64,000 nucleotides of DNA from Eledone cirrhosa (Eukaryota), in assembly GCA_964016885.1 (NCBI GenBank), contig OZ024741.1, forward strand, positions 341,186,001 to 341,250,000. Direction: 5' to 3'. A program made the position numbers and the translations under genes. The notes beneath the pieces are model-generated. The model made no database searches, was not told the origin of the DNA, and was given only the letters and a program-made list of their open reading frames with translations. Below, piece by piece: positions 13,011-25,175 of the stretch. Positions within the stretch are counted from its first letter, which is position 1. Each line of letters starts with the position of its first letter.

Positions 13011-13061
13011 AGTTTCAGAAGATCCCGTTAAGGATGAAAGCAGCGATTCTTTGCTTAAACT
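13011..13061 (+). ncRNA. Hammerhead-like motif, variant core CAGAAGA (inverted-arm copy)
   Basis: Mirror copy of 10487-10537. Confidence 0.6.
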
Positions 13062-13080
13062 TTAATCTGTTATTTTAATA

Positions 13081-13118
<38 letters not shown>

Positions 13119-13928
13119 GAATGCTTCCCTGTTTAGTTCAGACAGAACTACATTGGATAATATTGAATAAACACCTGCTGAGGAAAGGATCTCTCATTCC
13201 ATCACTAAACAATAGCTAGGTGCACTAGTGACTTGCATATGCATTGTGTAATTCATGGTGCACCTTCCAGAGGTCCCAGAAACTTATTGAAGATTTTTAT
13301 CGATTTCTATCAATTCTAATCTATCCAAGATGGTCCAGGTTAGTCTCTACACAAACACATAGTTTAGAATAATGATAAAAATCCAACCAACACTAAAAGT
13401 TGTTAAATGGATATAAAAAATAACATTAACGAAGATTTTAAAAATAATTGTCTTTTGAAAATTGTGGTTATAAACTATGGTCACATACACTTGGTCGTTT
13501 TATTCATGGTGTCACACTTTCTTAACTTTGTGTTTATTCTGGATGAAAATGTATTAATTTTTTGCATCATTGAGTGCTTTGTAGCTGCCTCAAACATTTC
13601 AGTTGGTATCTGCTCTACTGCAGCTACAACCATGCAAAACTATTTTGCTGGTTTGAGAGCTGATGTGGGTGAAGATGTGTGTGTATAAACTTGTCTTGTA
13701 CATCACCTTTCTTTATTTCCTTCTTCCAGTCACTTATATGCAACAACATACTTCTTGTCCTCCTCCTCTTTCAATCTTTTCTATATTTCATCTGCCTGTC
13801 ACCCACCTTGTGGATTGTCTCTCTGTTGACCACTGGTTGCTGGTCTCTGAACTCTGAGGCATATTTGTTCATAGCTGTCTTTGACAGCATTTGGCTGTTT
13901 TAATGGCTGTTCTAGCAATGAGTTTCTC

Positions 13929-13959
<31 letters not shown>

Positions 13960-14793
13960 ATCCAATTTAGGAAAGTTGGTTGATCAGCTAATCCATCAAC
14001 TTTTGTCATAAACAGACGTAAACCACTCAACGATTTGTATTCCTTAAAATGTTATCGATAAGGTGTCAACCGGAGTGTCGATGTTATAAAGAGAGACGGT
14101 TTTAAATGTACATCCTCTGTTTATTATATAATTCTGTTATCCATATTTCAAAGATGTTAAAGTGATTGCATAACAAACTGTTGACTTGTTCTCTTCAGAC
14201 AGGTGGAAAGTTGTGATGTTTTTGTTCTTGATATGCTACTGAGGTTATTAGCATTGTGGTAGCATTCCCCTCCAGCAGACATATATATAAAACACCACAA
14301 CTTTCCACCTGTCAGACTGTAGGACCTCCAATGCTAAAACCACATGGTTTATGTATTTTATAATATAAGTGCATCATTTTGCTGTGAGGGTTTTACTGTA
14401 TCGAGGTTTTAACAACACATGGTAATTTCACTTGAATTTTTCTTGTAATAACTGTAATGTATACTTTAGACTAATGCATACTGATGATTTTGGCATCTTA
14501 ATTACTGGTTAATTATCTTAGTTAGTAATCTTCTTTCCCAAATGAAACTGTATGGTATCAGCAAACGTTTCTCAGTAAAATTAGATATATTTTTTTAAAA
14601 TGTATTTTTGCTTACAATGCTTCCTTTTGATATACTATACATAATGATATACTATACATAATTACACTTAAATATAATTTGTATAAATAAGCTCTAGATA
14701 ATATAGCTTTTAGCCTTTAATTGTATTGAGCTATTTTTAAGGTGTAATATGACAGAAATCATTTTATTTTAATCTATAACTATATATATATAT

Positions 14794-16997
14794 GAGGCAG
14801 TTAAGGCCAAGAGACATGCATGGAAAGAATGGAAGAACGGGAGGAGCAGGGCACATTACATAGAGACCAAGAGGGAAGCTAGGTGACAAGTATACTTAGC
14901 TAGGAGGGACCAGAGGATAGAAAATTCAAGCATGTTTTGCAATGTGAGGACCAGAAACAGGAGGTGTTGAAGATTGCGAGGCAGTGTGTCAGAGAGAATT
15001 GTGATGTCATTGGAGAGAAGTGTATCCGGAATGATAAAGGTGAGCTTGCCCTCACAAGTGCTGAGAAGAAAGATGCATGGAAGAGTCATTATAATAGATT
15101 ACTAAATGAGGAGAATGCATGGGAAGAAGAGACCGTACCCCAAGTAGACCCTATAGAGGGGCCAGCAGTACAAGTCAGCAGCAGCGTTGTAAGTAAGGCA
15201 ATCAAAGATATGAAGATGGGGAAGGCAACCGGTCCATCGGGTATAGTTGCCGAGATGCTGAAGGCATCTGGGTCTGTAGGTCACACTATAACCACACGTA
15301 TTGTTAACCAGGTAATACTAGAAGGTGTCATACCAAAATATTGGTGCAGTAGCATCATTGTCAACTGCTACAAAGGTAAAGGTGATGCACTAGATAGAGG
15401 AAACTATAGAGGTATAAAGCTGATGGACCAGGTCATGAAAATAACAGAAAGAGTTATAGCACAGTTGATTAGGGACCGGGTGAAACTAGACGAGATGCAA
15501 TTTGGGTTTGTACCAGGAAGAGGCACCACTGATGCCCTCTTCCTTGTCAGGCAGTTACAGGAAAAGTACCTAGCTAAAAGTAAGCCACTCTACCTGGCAT
15601 TTGTCGATCTTGAGAAAGCCTTTGACAGAGTTCCACGTGCTGTAATCTGGTGGGCTCTTAGAAAACTAGGAGTAGATGAATGGCTTGTGAAAGCGGTACA
15701 AGCCATGTATAGGGGAGCAGTCAGCAAAGTTACGATTAGCAATGAGTATAGCGAGGAATTTAGTGTACAGGTTGGGGTCCACCAGGGCTCTGTTCTTAGC
15801 CCCCTCCTGTTCATCATAGTCCTGCAGGCAATAACGGAGGAGTTTAAGACCGGGAACTCCTGTATGCTGATGACCTCACACTTATAGCTGAATCTATGGT
15901 AGAACTAGAGAAGAAATTCCAAACTTGGAAGCAGGGACTAGAAAGAAAGGGTCTCAAAGTCAACATGACAAAGACTAAGGTCCTCAGGGAAATGGCCTTG
16001 CTCAGTATGTAGGAAAGGTGTAGGTAGGAACTCCATTCTCTGCCCCAAATGCAAACAATGGGTACACAAGAGATGTAGCGGGATCTCAGGAAGCATAATT
16101 AAGAATGTAGGCTTCACATGCAGCAGCTGTGTGGGACAGCAAGCAGCAAACAGCCACAGGAAACAAGTACCACCAATCTCTGGGAGGGCTCTGTAGAAAC
16201 AGTAGACAGCTTCTGCTACCTAGGTGACCGAATTAGCAGCGGAGGTGGGTGTTCGGAAAGTACAATAACTAGGGTATCCGAACAGCGATGTTGCATGGTA
16301 GTGAGACCTGGGCGCTGAAGGTGGAAGACTTACGTAGATTAGAGAGAAACGAAACCTGCATGCTCCGATGGATGTGTAATAGTAATATGCGCGAACGACA
16401 AAGCATAAATGAATTGAGAAAGAGACTGAGCATAAGAGGAATCAAATGCTCTGTGCAGGAGAGGCGGTTGCGTTGGTATGGACATGTGATGCGTATGAAG
16501 GATGACAGCTGCATAAAAAGGTGCAGAGCACTAGAAGTTGATGGAAACCGCGGAGTGGGGAGACCCAAGATGACCTGGGATGAGGTGATAAAAGCCTACC
16601 TTACCCAATTACACCTCTCAAAGGCGATGACACATGACCGTGACCTCTGGCGTCACGCAGTAATACAGAGTACCCGACCTCCCATGGGTACAAGCTGAAG
16701 CATATAGACAATATGCCCCCACACCCCCCACTGCAAGGTGGTCGTGGAGGTGCCACGGCAAAAAAGCACCCAGCCCACACTGTAAAGTGGACGTGTAGGC
16801 GCCACGAAAAAGCACCCAGCACTCACTGTAAATGAGGTTGGTGTTAAGAAGGGTATCCGGCTGTAGAAATTAAGCCAAATCAGTTCCTGCATGAGCAAGG
16901 CATGGTCAGCCGACCAGACACTGCCCACAACAGGACAACCCGTCTAACCCATGCTAGCGTGAAAGAACGGACGTAAAACGGTTATGATGATGATGAT
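14794..16997 (+). mobile_element. RTE-clade LINE, 5'-truncated and disrupted
   Basis: RT motifs NYRGIKL, QFGF.PGRGTTDA, FVDLEKAFDRV, GVHQGSVLSPLLF and LYADD (frameshifted), C-terminal RRLRWYGHV.R and GRPK.TW, and a (GAT)n tail. Confidence 0.95.
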
Positions 16998-17013
16998 ATA
17001 TATATATATATAT

Positions 17014-17348
17014 GGAGGCACATGGCTTAGTGGTTAGAGCATTGGCCTTGCAATCGAAAGATTGTGAGTTCAATTCTCAGACCGGGTGATGTGTTGTTTC
17101 CTTGAGCAAGACACTTTATTTCACATTGCTCCAGTTTACTCAGCTGTAGAAATGAGATGATAGGGACTGAGGTCCCTATCATTCCACTGCAAAGTGGTCG
17201 TGGAGGTGCCACGGCAAAAAAGCACCCAGCACTCACTGTAAATGAGGTTGGTGTTAGGAAGGGCATCCAGCTGTAGAAATCAAGCCAGCATCAGTTCCCG
17301 TCCCACCCTTGCAAGCAGGGAAAAAGCGGACGTAAAATGAAATGATGA
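17014..17348 (+). mobile_element. tRNA-head CORE-SINE with RTE-derived tail
   Basis: A-box tggcttagtgg, B-box gagttcaattc, core ccttgagcaagacacttt, tail shared with the adjacent LINE. Confidence 0.9.
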
Positions 17349-17352
17349 TATA

Positions 17353-17385
<33 letters not shown>

Positions 17386-17440
17386 GTATATATATATATT
17401 ATATATATGTATATATATGTATATATATATATATATTAAT

Positions 17441-17771
17441 GGAGGCACATGGCTTAGTGGTTAGAGCATTGGCCTTGCAATCAAAAGGTTGTGAGTTCAA
17501 TTCTCAGACCTGGTGATGTGTTGTTTCCTTGAGCAAGACACTTTATTTCACATTGCTCCAGTTTACTCAGCTGTAGAAATGAGATGATAGGGACTGGGGT
17601 CCATATCACTCCACTGCAAAGTAGTCGTGGAGGTGCCACAGCAAAAAAGCACCCAGCACTCACTGTAAATGAGGTTGGTGTTAGGAAGGGCATCCAGCTG
17701 TAGAAATCAAGCCAGAATCAGTTCCTTGCAAGCAGGGAAAAAGCAGACATAAAATGAAATGATGATGATGA

Positions 17772-17775
<4 letters not shown>
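17441..17775 (+). mobile_element. tRNA-head CORE-SINE with RTE-derived tail (second copy)
   Basis: Highly similar to 17014-17348. Confidence 0.9.
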
Positions 17776-17808
<33 letters not shown>

Positions 17809-17911
17809 CATGTGTATGTGTGTAAATAAATATGCATATGATATATATATTTAAGTACTAACTGAAAGAAATAAGCCAGAAATAAGTGTGAATAATTACA
17901 AGTTGACTTAC

Positions 17912-18031
17912 TCTGTCAGTGTCTCTATCAGACACAGATTGTGGGTTGATGGGTAGAAGTATGACATCTGACCTTGGCGGGATCTCATTGTATACAAACA
18001 CAATCAGACGTTCTGATGTGACACGAAGCAA
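17912..18031 (-). CDS. SORCS: SorCS-like exon F (membrane-proximal domain)
   Basis: Acceptor ctctttatattccAG and donor GTaagt. Encodes LLRVTSERLIVFVYNEIPPRSDVILLPINPQSVSDRDTDR. 120 nt, phase 0 to 0. Confidence 0.85.
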
Positions 18032-18309
18032 CTGGAATATAAAGAGAGCAAGAAATATGCATAATAGTTCCTGAAATCATCTGGAAATCAATTCCCAAAT
18101 ATGTCCGATTACCAAATTAAATTCTATGAATGAGAACAAATAAATTTTTTAAAAGTTTTTGTTTCTTTGTGCTTTTTTTCTTTTTTCAAAGCACCTTTTC
18201 CAGCACACTGACAATGGCGGAGAGAAGGGAGGATATTATCCCCAGTCTTGACCTGAATGCTTACAACAATATAGACTACTTGAGTGATAGACTTAATTTG
18301 TTGCTCAGT

Positions 18310-18658
18310 TTAACTCTTAATGTTTGGTACCACATAAAACTGCATTAACAAGATATATTAGGAAAGTACAAAACAGCAGTATGACTAGATAGCATTACAA
18401 ATTAAACTCTACTTTAGTTTACTACATATGTTCACAATGATCTGTCCTGCAGTAAAAATACTATAAACATTTGAATTTACAAACCACATGGAACAATATG
18501 AGCAAGATATTCTTGAAAAGTATAAAACAGTATTATGATTTCATCATATTAAAAATTAGTCTTAACAGCAAATTTTCACAGCGATCTGTCCATCAATAAT
18601 GATACTAATATCTTTATAAATATTTCCTACTAAATCATTACAGAATTTTAAGAGTTAA
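18310..18658 (+). mobile_element. TTAA-flanked MITE family with internal subrepeats (relatives at 32515-32952, 40345-40881, 56465-56743)
   Basis: Termini ttaactcttaa ... ttaagagttaa. Shared internal motif cacaa..atctgtccatcagtaaagatactataaacattt. Confidence 0.6.
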
Positions 18659-19599
18659 CAGTATTATCTGATTTTTGGGTGTCTTTAGCAGAGTCCACTC
18701 TGTTGTTCCGGGTCTCAGGATAAGAGTCAGATAGTGGTGGTGGAATGAGGTAATGGATCGAATCTACTACCAAAGATAGAAACGGTCTCTCCAATGAGCT
18801 TCCAAACATTTTTGTTTCTGCTATGCCAGCTCCTGGAAAGGCATGCTCACCACAACTTCCCCTTTCACATTTCTTTAATTCATATGATTCTTGTTTTCAT
18901 TCCCTTTTCTTCTACTATAAATATTGGAACATCCAGATTGGAATGGACCTCCATCAGTTTTGACGAGTCTTCCAGTAGGACAAGCAATAGAACAGCCTAC
19001 TCATAAAATTAATGTGTAAGTGGTTGAGCATTCCACAGACATGTATATGCTTAGTGTAATTCTCAGGGAGATTCAGTATGACACAGTGTGTTACATGGTT
19101 GCTGTGCAATATCGAATCACTCTAGGTTGGGCAGCTTTCAACAAGAACAAAGAAGTACTTCTGCTGCTGGTGATCAAACTTTGTGGGAAGAGAAATCCCA
19201 TGTTAATGTGCAGTCTGCAACTGGGGGAGTTGAGTGTCACAAGAAGTGTGTTATAAGAATGGCCCATTGAATTACACCTACAGTCCATCCAATGGGCTTC
19301 CAAACAGTTTCTCTCTACCTAGTTTCACTCTCAAGGCTATGAAAAATGATATTTGCCCAAGATGTCATGCAGTGGGATTGAACCCAGGTCAAATGATTGC
19401 AAAGTGAACTCCTTAACCATTTGACCATATTGCATTCACAAGCAAAAAAATAAAATAAGGGTAAATGCCTACTTCAGGAACTCAGTTCACTGGCTATAAC
19501 TGAATTTGAACATCTGATTTGTCAGTAATTTAACAGATTAACTACACAGTTATTGTGTTTCTGTTTGAAAAAGCCAAGAAAGCTGAAAGTCAAACTTAC

Positions 19600-19712
19600 A
19601 TCCATTAATCTTTCCTGTAGCCGTCTCTTCAGCCATGACCTCCACTGCTGGTCATATCTATTGATGTGGTCAATATTGGAGGAGAAGGTCAACTGGATCC
19701 GTCGAATGTAGT
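19600..19712 (-). CDS. SORCS: SorCS-like exon E (membrane-proximal domain)
   Basis: Acceptor tcttacttgtacAG and donor GTaagt. Encodes (N)YIRRIQLTFSSNIDHINRYDQQWRSWLKRRLQERLMD, resembling SorCS L.L.FS.NLD..N....EWR. 113 nt, phase 1 to 0. Confidence 0.88.
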
Positions 19713-21279
19713 CTGTACAAGTAAGAGAAATTGAAGAAGTATTTTTAACAAGTATAATGAGAAGCAGCCTTTTAACCCATTCATCACCGTATTTCTAATG
19801 AAATACACTCTATTTCCAATAATTAATTAATTTAAAATGTTGAGGGATTTACAAAAATTGTTAATTATTTCATTTTTAAGGTAGTAACTTAACATATGGT
19901 TTGTATATAAAATCATGTTGGAAGGTTTTAATTTAAATAGGAACCCTTTAACTCTTTTGTAACCATATTTCTTTGTAACCATATTTCTTTAACCCTTTAT
20001 TAACCATATTTCTAATGGAATACATTACTTCCAATAAGTAATTAATGAAAAATTTAGGAGGGATTTACTAAAATTGTTAATTATTTCATTAATAAGGTAG
20101 TAACTTAACATAAGGTGCTTATATAAAATTGTTGTATGATTTTAATCTAAATAGGAACCCTTTTAAATGGGTTGTTATATATAACCCTTTAGCTTTTAAA
20201 CCAGCCATATCCAGCAAGATTTCTCTCACCTCTTTCTGTTCAATCTGGCTGTAACCAGCCACTCATACTGATGTTAAGGTAGTGTCCTCAAAATAAATAA
20301 TATCAACAAATTATAGATTCAATATTATGTGAGATAAAGCTTTTACCATGAAAATATAACAGCAAATATAGAGTAATGTAAATGCTAAAGGGTTAATAGA
20401 ATGAAAGTCAGTTTTGGCTGTGTTGGTATCAAAAGGGCTAATAAAGAATTTTAGGAGATTTACTAAAATGATTAATTCATAAATTAATATATGGTTCTTA
20501 TATAAAATGATGTTGGAAGATTTTGATTTAAATAAGAAGCCTTTTGTTTCATAGAACCAGACCAATTCTGTCTAGATTGGTGACAAAAGGATTAAATAGG
20601 GAACCGTTAAAACAGGTGGTCCTGTCTCATAGAACCAGATCTAGTTTTAGCTGGGTTGGTTTCAAAAGAGTTAAAATCTTACAGGAATTTATTCATAATT
20701 TATTCTTTAAAGTAATCTGAAATTTGTTAATTTCAGAATCTCGCCTTCTTTGTTCTACTTTACTTTTTAGTCGATTTATTTCCCGATAGTCTCTAAGGCA
20801 TATACATATGTATATACCACACACCACACGTAGGTACATGCATACAAAAAATGATGATGATGATGATGATAATGGCACACACCATATAAATACACATGTA
20901 TATACCACACATTTATATACATATGTTTATGGCACACATACATACACAGCACACATACCACACATGCATACATATATGCACACACACAGACTCATATACA
21001 TATGTACATGACACACAGCACACACACTTAAATAAGTATATGGCAAACACAACACATGCATAATAGATACATACAATTGTGCACATGCATGCATATACAC
21101 ATGTGCACTCATATGCATACATATACATATATCACATACCATGCATACATACATTCACTCTCATACACATATATATATATACATACATATGCATACACAT
21201 GCATACATACATACACACACATACAGACAGACATATACTCATACAAAAATACTTACATACACATATGCAGCCATACATA

Positions 21280-21585
21280 CATGATGGCTGCCCCCTCGTT
21301 ATCGAGTATAGCCATTGCCCGATATACCATTATTAATAATTATTAATTAATTCTAACGTGCAATGCCTGTGCATGATTTTTTTTAAAGTGAGGAAAGACT
21401 GAGCCAATCCCACTCTCTGAGCGACAGTAGCTATAACCCGAAAAGAAGAAAAGATCAAATCATCGGTAACTACTGAGCTGCAGGTTTTATGTCGGAGTTA
21501 TCCCAGTTTCCTGAGTTGCCTTCTCCTAGAAGAATGCCCTGACAAAGGCTAGGGGTCCTTCACTCCCAGTGGTTTAACCGTGCTA
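21280..21585 (-). mobile_element. RTE-type 3'-tail element with (ATGT)n tail (relatives at 22108-22423, 35400-35870, 43508-44040)
   Basis: Minus-strand end ctcgataacgagggggcagccatcatgtatgtat. Copies align by eye. Confidence 0.65.
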
Positions 21586-21685
21586 TCGGATATTCAGCCT
21601 GACTATTTCTATGTCCCTGGGCATATACATACACATGCACACATACATATACATATGTATATACATATTTACAAATACATACATA

Positions 21686-22082
21686 TTCAGATTTATGCCT
21701 GTGATTATTAGGGCACTGGGATATGTTAGTAATTGCCTCAATACAAATCTTGAGAAGCTGGGCTTCAGAGGAACAGAAAGGACATGACCAGTTAGGAAAT
21801 CACAAGTACAATCCATTAATGGAACAGTAAAAATACGTAAAACATTCCAAAAATTCTGCATCTAATAACTGCATATACACTTGTATGGATCCAAAGTATA
21901 TGCACATGCACACATATAACTCAAAACATCCACATCCACACACACAATAACATCCATACCTGCACAAGCATGCAGACATGCCTACATATCTACCTAGTTG
22001 ATGTTGTGTAAATTCCAATGAGAGAGTCTTGTATCTATGTTAGAAACCGACTCACTTTCTATTGACAAACCAGAAGAATGAA
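21686..22082 (+). mobile_element. R4-like RLE retrotransposon 3' fragment
   Basis: Near copy of 24212-24578. Confidence 0.8.
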
Positions 22083-22670
22083 CACACACACATACATACA
22101 TACATACATGATGGCTGCCCCCTCATTATTGAGTATGGCCATTGCATGATATACCATTATTAATAATTATTGATTAATTCTATCGTGCAATGTCTGTGCG
22201 TGAAGATATTTTTTAAAGTGAGGAAAGACTGTGCACTGAGCCAATCCCACTCTCTGAGCAACAGTAGCTATAACCCGAAAAGAAGAAAAGATCAACATCA
22301 TCGGTAACTACTGAGCCACAGGTTTTAAATCGGAGATATCCCAGTTTCCTGAGTTGCCTTCTCCTAGAAGAACGCCCTGACAAAGGGTAGGGGTCCTTTA
22401 CTCCCAGTGGTTTAACTGCGCGGTACATGTGTATATACATATTTACACACTTTTGGATGGCCGTTGACTCTTATGAGTTCTTCCGCCCTTTGTCTGGTTT
22501 TATTTTTGTCTTGCAGGGTGTCCAAAATCAAGCTCCTCACCAAGTAAACTGGGTGGGGTCAATATGTCGGATAACTCTTGAGTGCTACTGGCAACATGTA
22601 ACCCAGTACAACCTGTCGCATGGTCGGGTCGCCAGCAACTAAACCGACAACCCCACATACATACATACAT

Positions 22671-24578
22671 AGAATATCACAGGGGTATATTTCAAGGAAA
22701 CAGTCTCTCTGTGATATTATTCATCCTGTCATTAAACCCCTTGTCCTTTCTGCTCAAGAAATCTGAAGGATACATCATTGGCTCACAGGAGGACAGAAAT
22801 ACGAACCTAACCCATAATTTCTTTGTGGACGACCTGAAACTCTATGCCAAGAACATGGATGGGATGAAGAAAAATCTTGACCTGGTTACAACGTTCTCAA
22901 AGGATATAGGAATGGAGTTTGGCCAAGATAAATGTTCATACATGACTGTAAAGCGGGGAAAAACAACAACCCAATCTAGCAACATTGTCATCAATGGCCT
23001 AACTGTTTCACCGATATCTGATGAGGACTGCTACAGATACCTGGGTATAGATGAGAACATATTATATAATGGTATCTGTAATAAGGAACACGTAACCAGG
23101 GAATACTACACCCGATTAAGAAAAATATGGTCATCGGAACTCACTGCGCACAACAAAATAGTGGCTCACAATGTGTTTGCTCTCCCTGTCCTAACACCAA
23201 CGTTTGGAATACTCAATTGGACGATAGACGAAATCCGAGCAATTGATGTTGGAACTCGAAAAATACTAAACAACACCGGAAACTTCCACATCAACAGTGA
23301 CATAGACCGCCTTTACTTGAAACGTAAGCAAGGAGGCAGAGGCCTAACATCAGTCCAGACAACATTTGAATGTTGCATCATATCCCTCCGACAACATCTA
23401 CGAACCTCGAAGCGTAGGAGCCCGTCTCTCGAGCAAGTCTATCTGCATGAAACAGATAAGATCATGAGAGTTGGGAAGGAACTCCTCGAAAGATATTCCC
23501 TGTGTGATAAATCAAAAACTCACACCCAGGGAAATCGCTAAGCAGTATCGCAGTGAATCCATGGATGAAAATCTGCATGCTTATCAGCAAAAAGTCATGC
23601 ATGGATATGTTGCCAGGAAGCTCCAGAGTGAGAGTAATATAGATAAGGAAAGTAGTTTATCTTGGACCAACAACTGCAATATTGGCTCCCACTTTGAAGG
23701 ATACACTTTTGCAATCCAGGAACAGGAAATTAACACAAAATACCTGATTCACAAAAGAGATAGGGATGCAGGCAAAACACCTAGATGTGATAACAAGTGC
23801 AGAATCTGCAGAATTAACATCGAAGATATCACCCATGTCATAAGCAGCTGTTCAAAGATGTCATCGCGGTACTATCTACCTATGGGGCATGATGTAGTGG
23901 CCAAAACACTGTACAATGCAATCCATAGAAAAGATAGCCCCGATAATAAACACATTAAAAGCTACAGCAATGTGGAAAACATCCATGTACATAATATGAA
24001 AGAGTACTGGTGGAATGTTCCAGTAGAAACCCCAATAAAATGCAGGCATAACAGACCAGATATAATGATATGGGACAGGGAAAAGAAGGCATGCATAGTA
24101 GTGGAAGTTAGCTGCCCAGCAGATGCCAATATAATATCAAAGATTAGCGAAAAGGAGAATATTTATGCAGAACTAATGAGAAATCTGCAGATACTCAACC
24201 CTGATTACACCTTCAGATTTATGCCTGTGATTATTGGGGCCCTGGGGTATGTTAGTAACTGCCTCAATACAAATCTTGAGAAGCTAGGCTTCACAGGAAC
24301 AGAAAAAACACAACTAGTTAGGATATTACAGTAAAAATATGTAAAACATTCCAAAATGTTTGCATGTAATAACTGCATATACACATGTACTGATACAAAG
24401 CATATACATATGCACACATACACACATACAATAACATCCATATCTACACATGCATGCAGACATGCATACATATCTACCTAGTTGACGTGTAAATTCCAAT
24501 GAGAGAGTCTTGTAACTATGTTAGAAACCGACTCTCTCTCCATTGGCAAAAAATTGTGAAATTATAAAACCAGAAGAA
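22671..24578 (+). mobile_element. R4/Dong-group non-LTR retrotransposon (RT, CCHC, restriction-like endonuclease), 5'-truncated and frameshifted
   Basis: GIFQG.SLS, FVDDLKL, YRYLG, RLYL.R..GGRGL, CRIC...EDITHVISSC, RPDI...EVSCP. Both ends lie in (CATA)n. Confidence 0.92.
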
Positions 24579-24659
24579 CATACATACATACCTCCTTAGA
24601 CCTCCATTCATTCTGATGACAAATATTCCAGTTGATTGGACAATAGAACAATCCACTTT

Positions 24660-25027
24660 TGAAATTAACAAGCAAGTGAGTGAGCATTCCACAAAAACAT
24701 CCATTCTTAACTTAATTGTCAAGGAGATTCAGCATGGCAATGTGTAACAAGGCTGACTCTTTGAATTACAAGTACAGTCCCTCTTATATTATACTGTAAG
24801 TAGCTGAGTATTCCACATAGACATGCTCCCTTTATGAAGTTCTCAAGGAAATTCAGCATGACACAGTGTGACATTGGTGACCCTTTCAATTATAGGTACA
24901 ACTCATTTTTTCCTAGTGAAGTGGACTGGAACAACATGAAATAAAATGTCTTGCTCAAGGACACTAACTGATCTGGCAATCAAACTCATGACTTTATGAT
25001 CATGAGTCAAACACCCTAACTACTAAG
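24660..25027 (-). mobile_element. CORE-type SINE with a different tail (relative at 44200-44445)
   Basis: Minus-strand head ggacttagtagttagggtg...gagtttgatt and core gtccttgagcaagacattt. Confidence 0.65.
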
Positions 25028-25087
25028 TCCCATATATACATAATATAAAACAAAAAATCAGTGATGTATCTGAACTCGATTTATTGT

Positions 25088-25175
25088 GTGTTACAATTGT
25101 TTCGCCGGCAGACAGCTCGAGACGTGATCATTGTGTGGATCTGTCTGATTCTAGACCTGCAGGTTCGTCAGACAC
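25088..25175 (-). ncRNA. Type I hammerhead ribozyme, canonical core with extended stem II, in a Penelope-like remnant (~25040-25380)
   Basis: gtgt CTGACGA [~60 nt including cagacag/ctgtctg] GAAA caattg TA acac. Confidence 0.7.

Larger units (their letters stand above)
10385..13084 (-). mobile_element. Penelope-like element with ~900-bp inverted pLTR
   Basis: Arms at 10464-11360 and 12157-13084 are reverse complements. The spacer encodes R..ICWFNPPY and a GIY-YIG C-terminus on the minus strand (11435-12150). Confidence 0.9.

Noticed and set aside
17014-17090. tRNA gene
   Set aside because: The tRNA-like A and B boxes continue into a SINE core and LINE tail, there are multiple copies, and no proper acceptor stem is evident.
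17893-17940. Apparent degenerate hammerhead (ctgatagagac...gtc) on the minus strand
   Set aside because: It lacks GAAA and is fully explained as the 3' end of SORCS exon F plus its GTAAGT donor.
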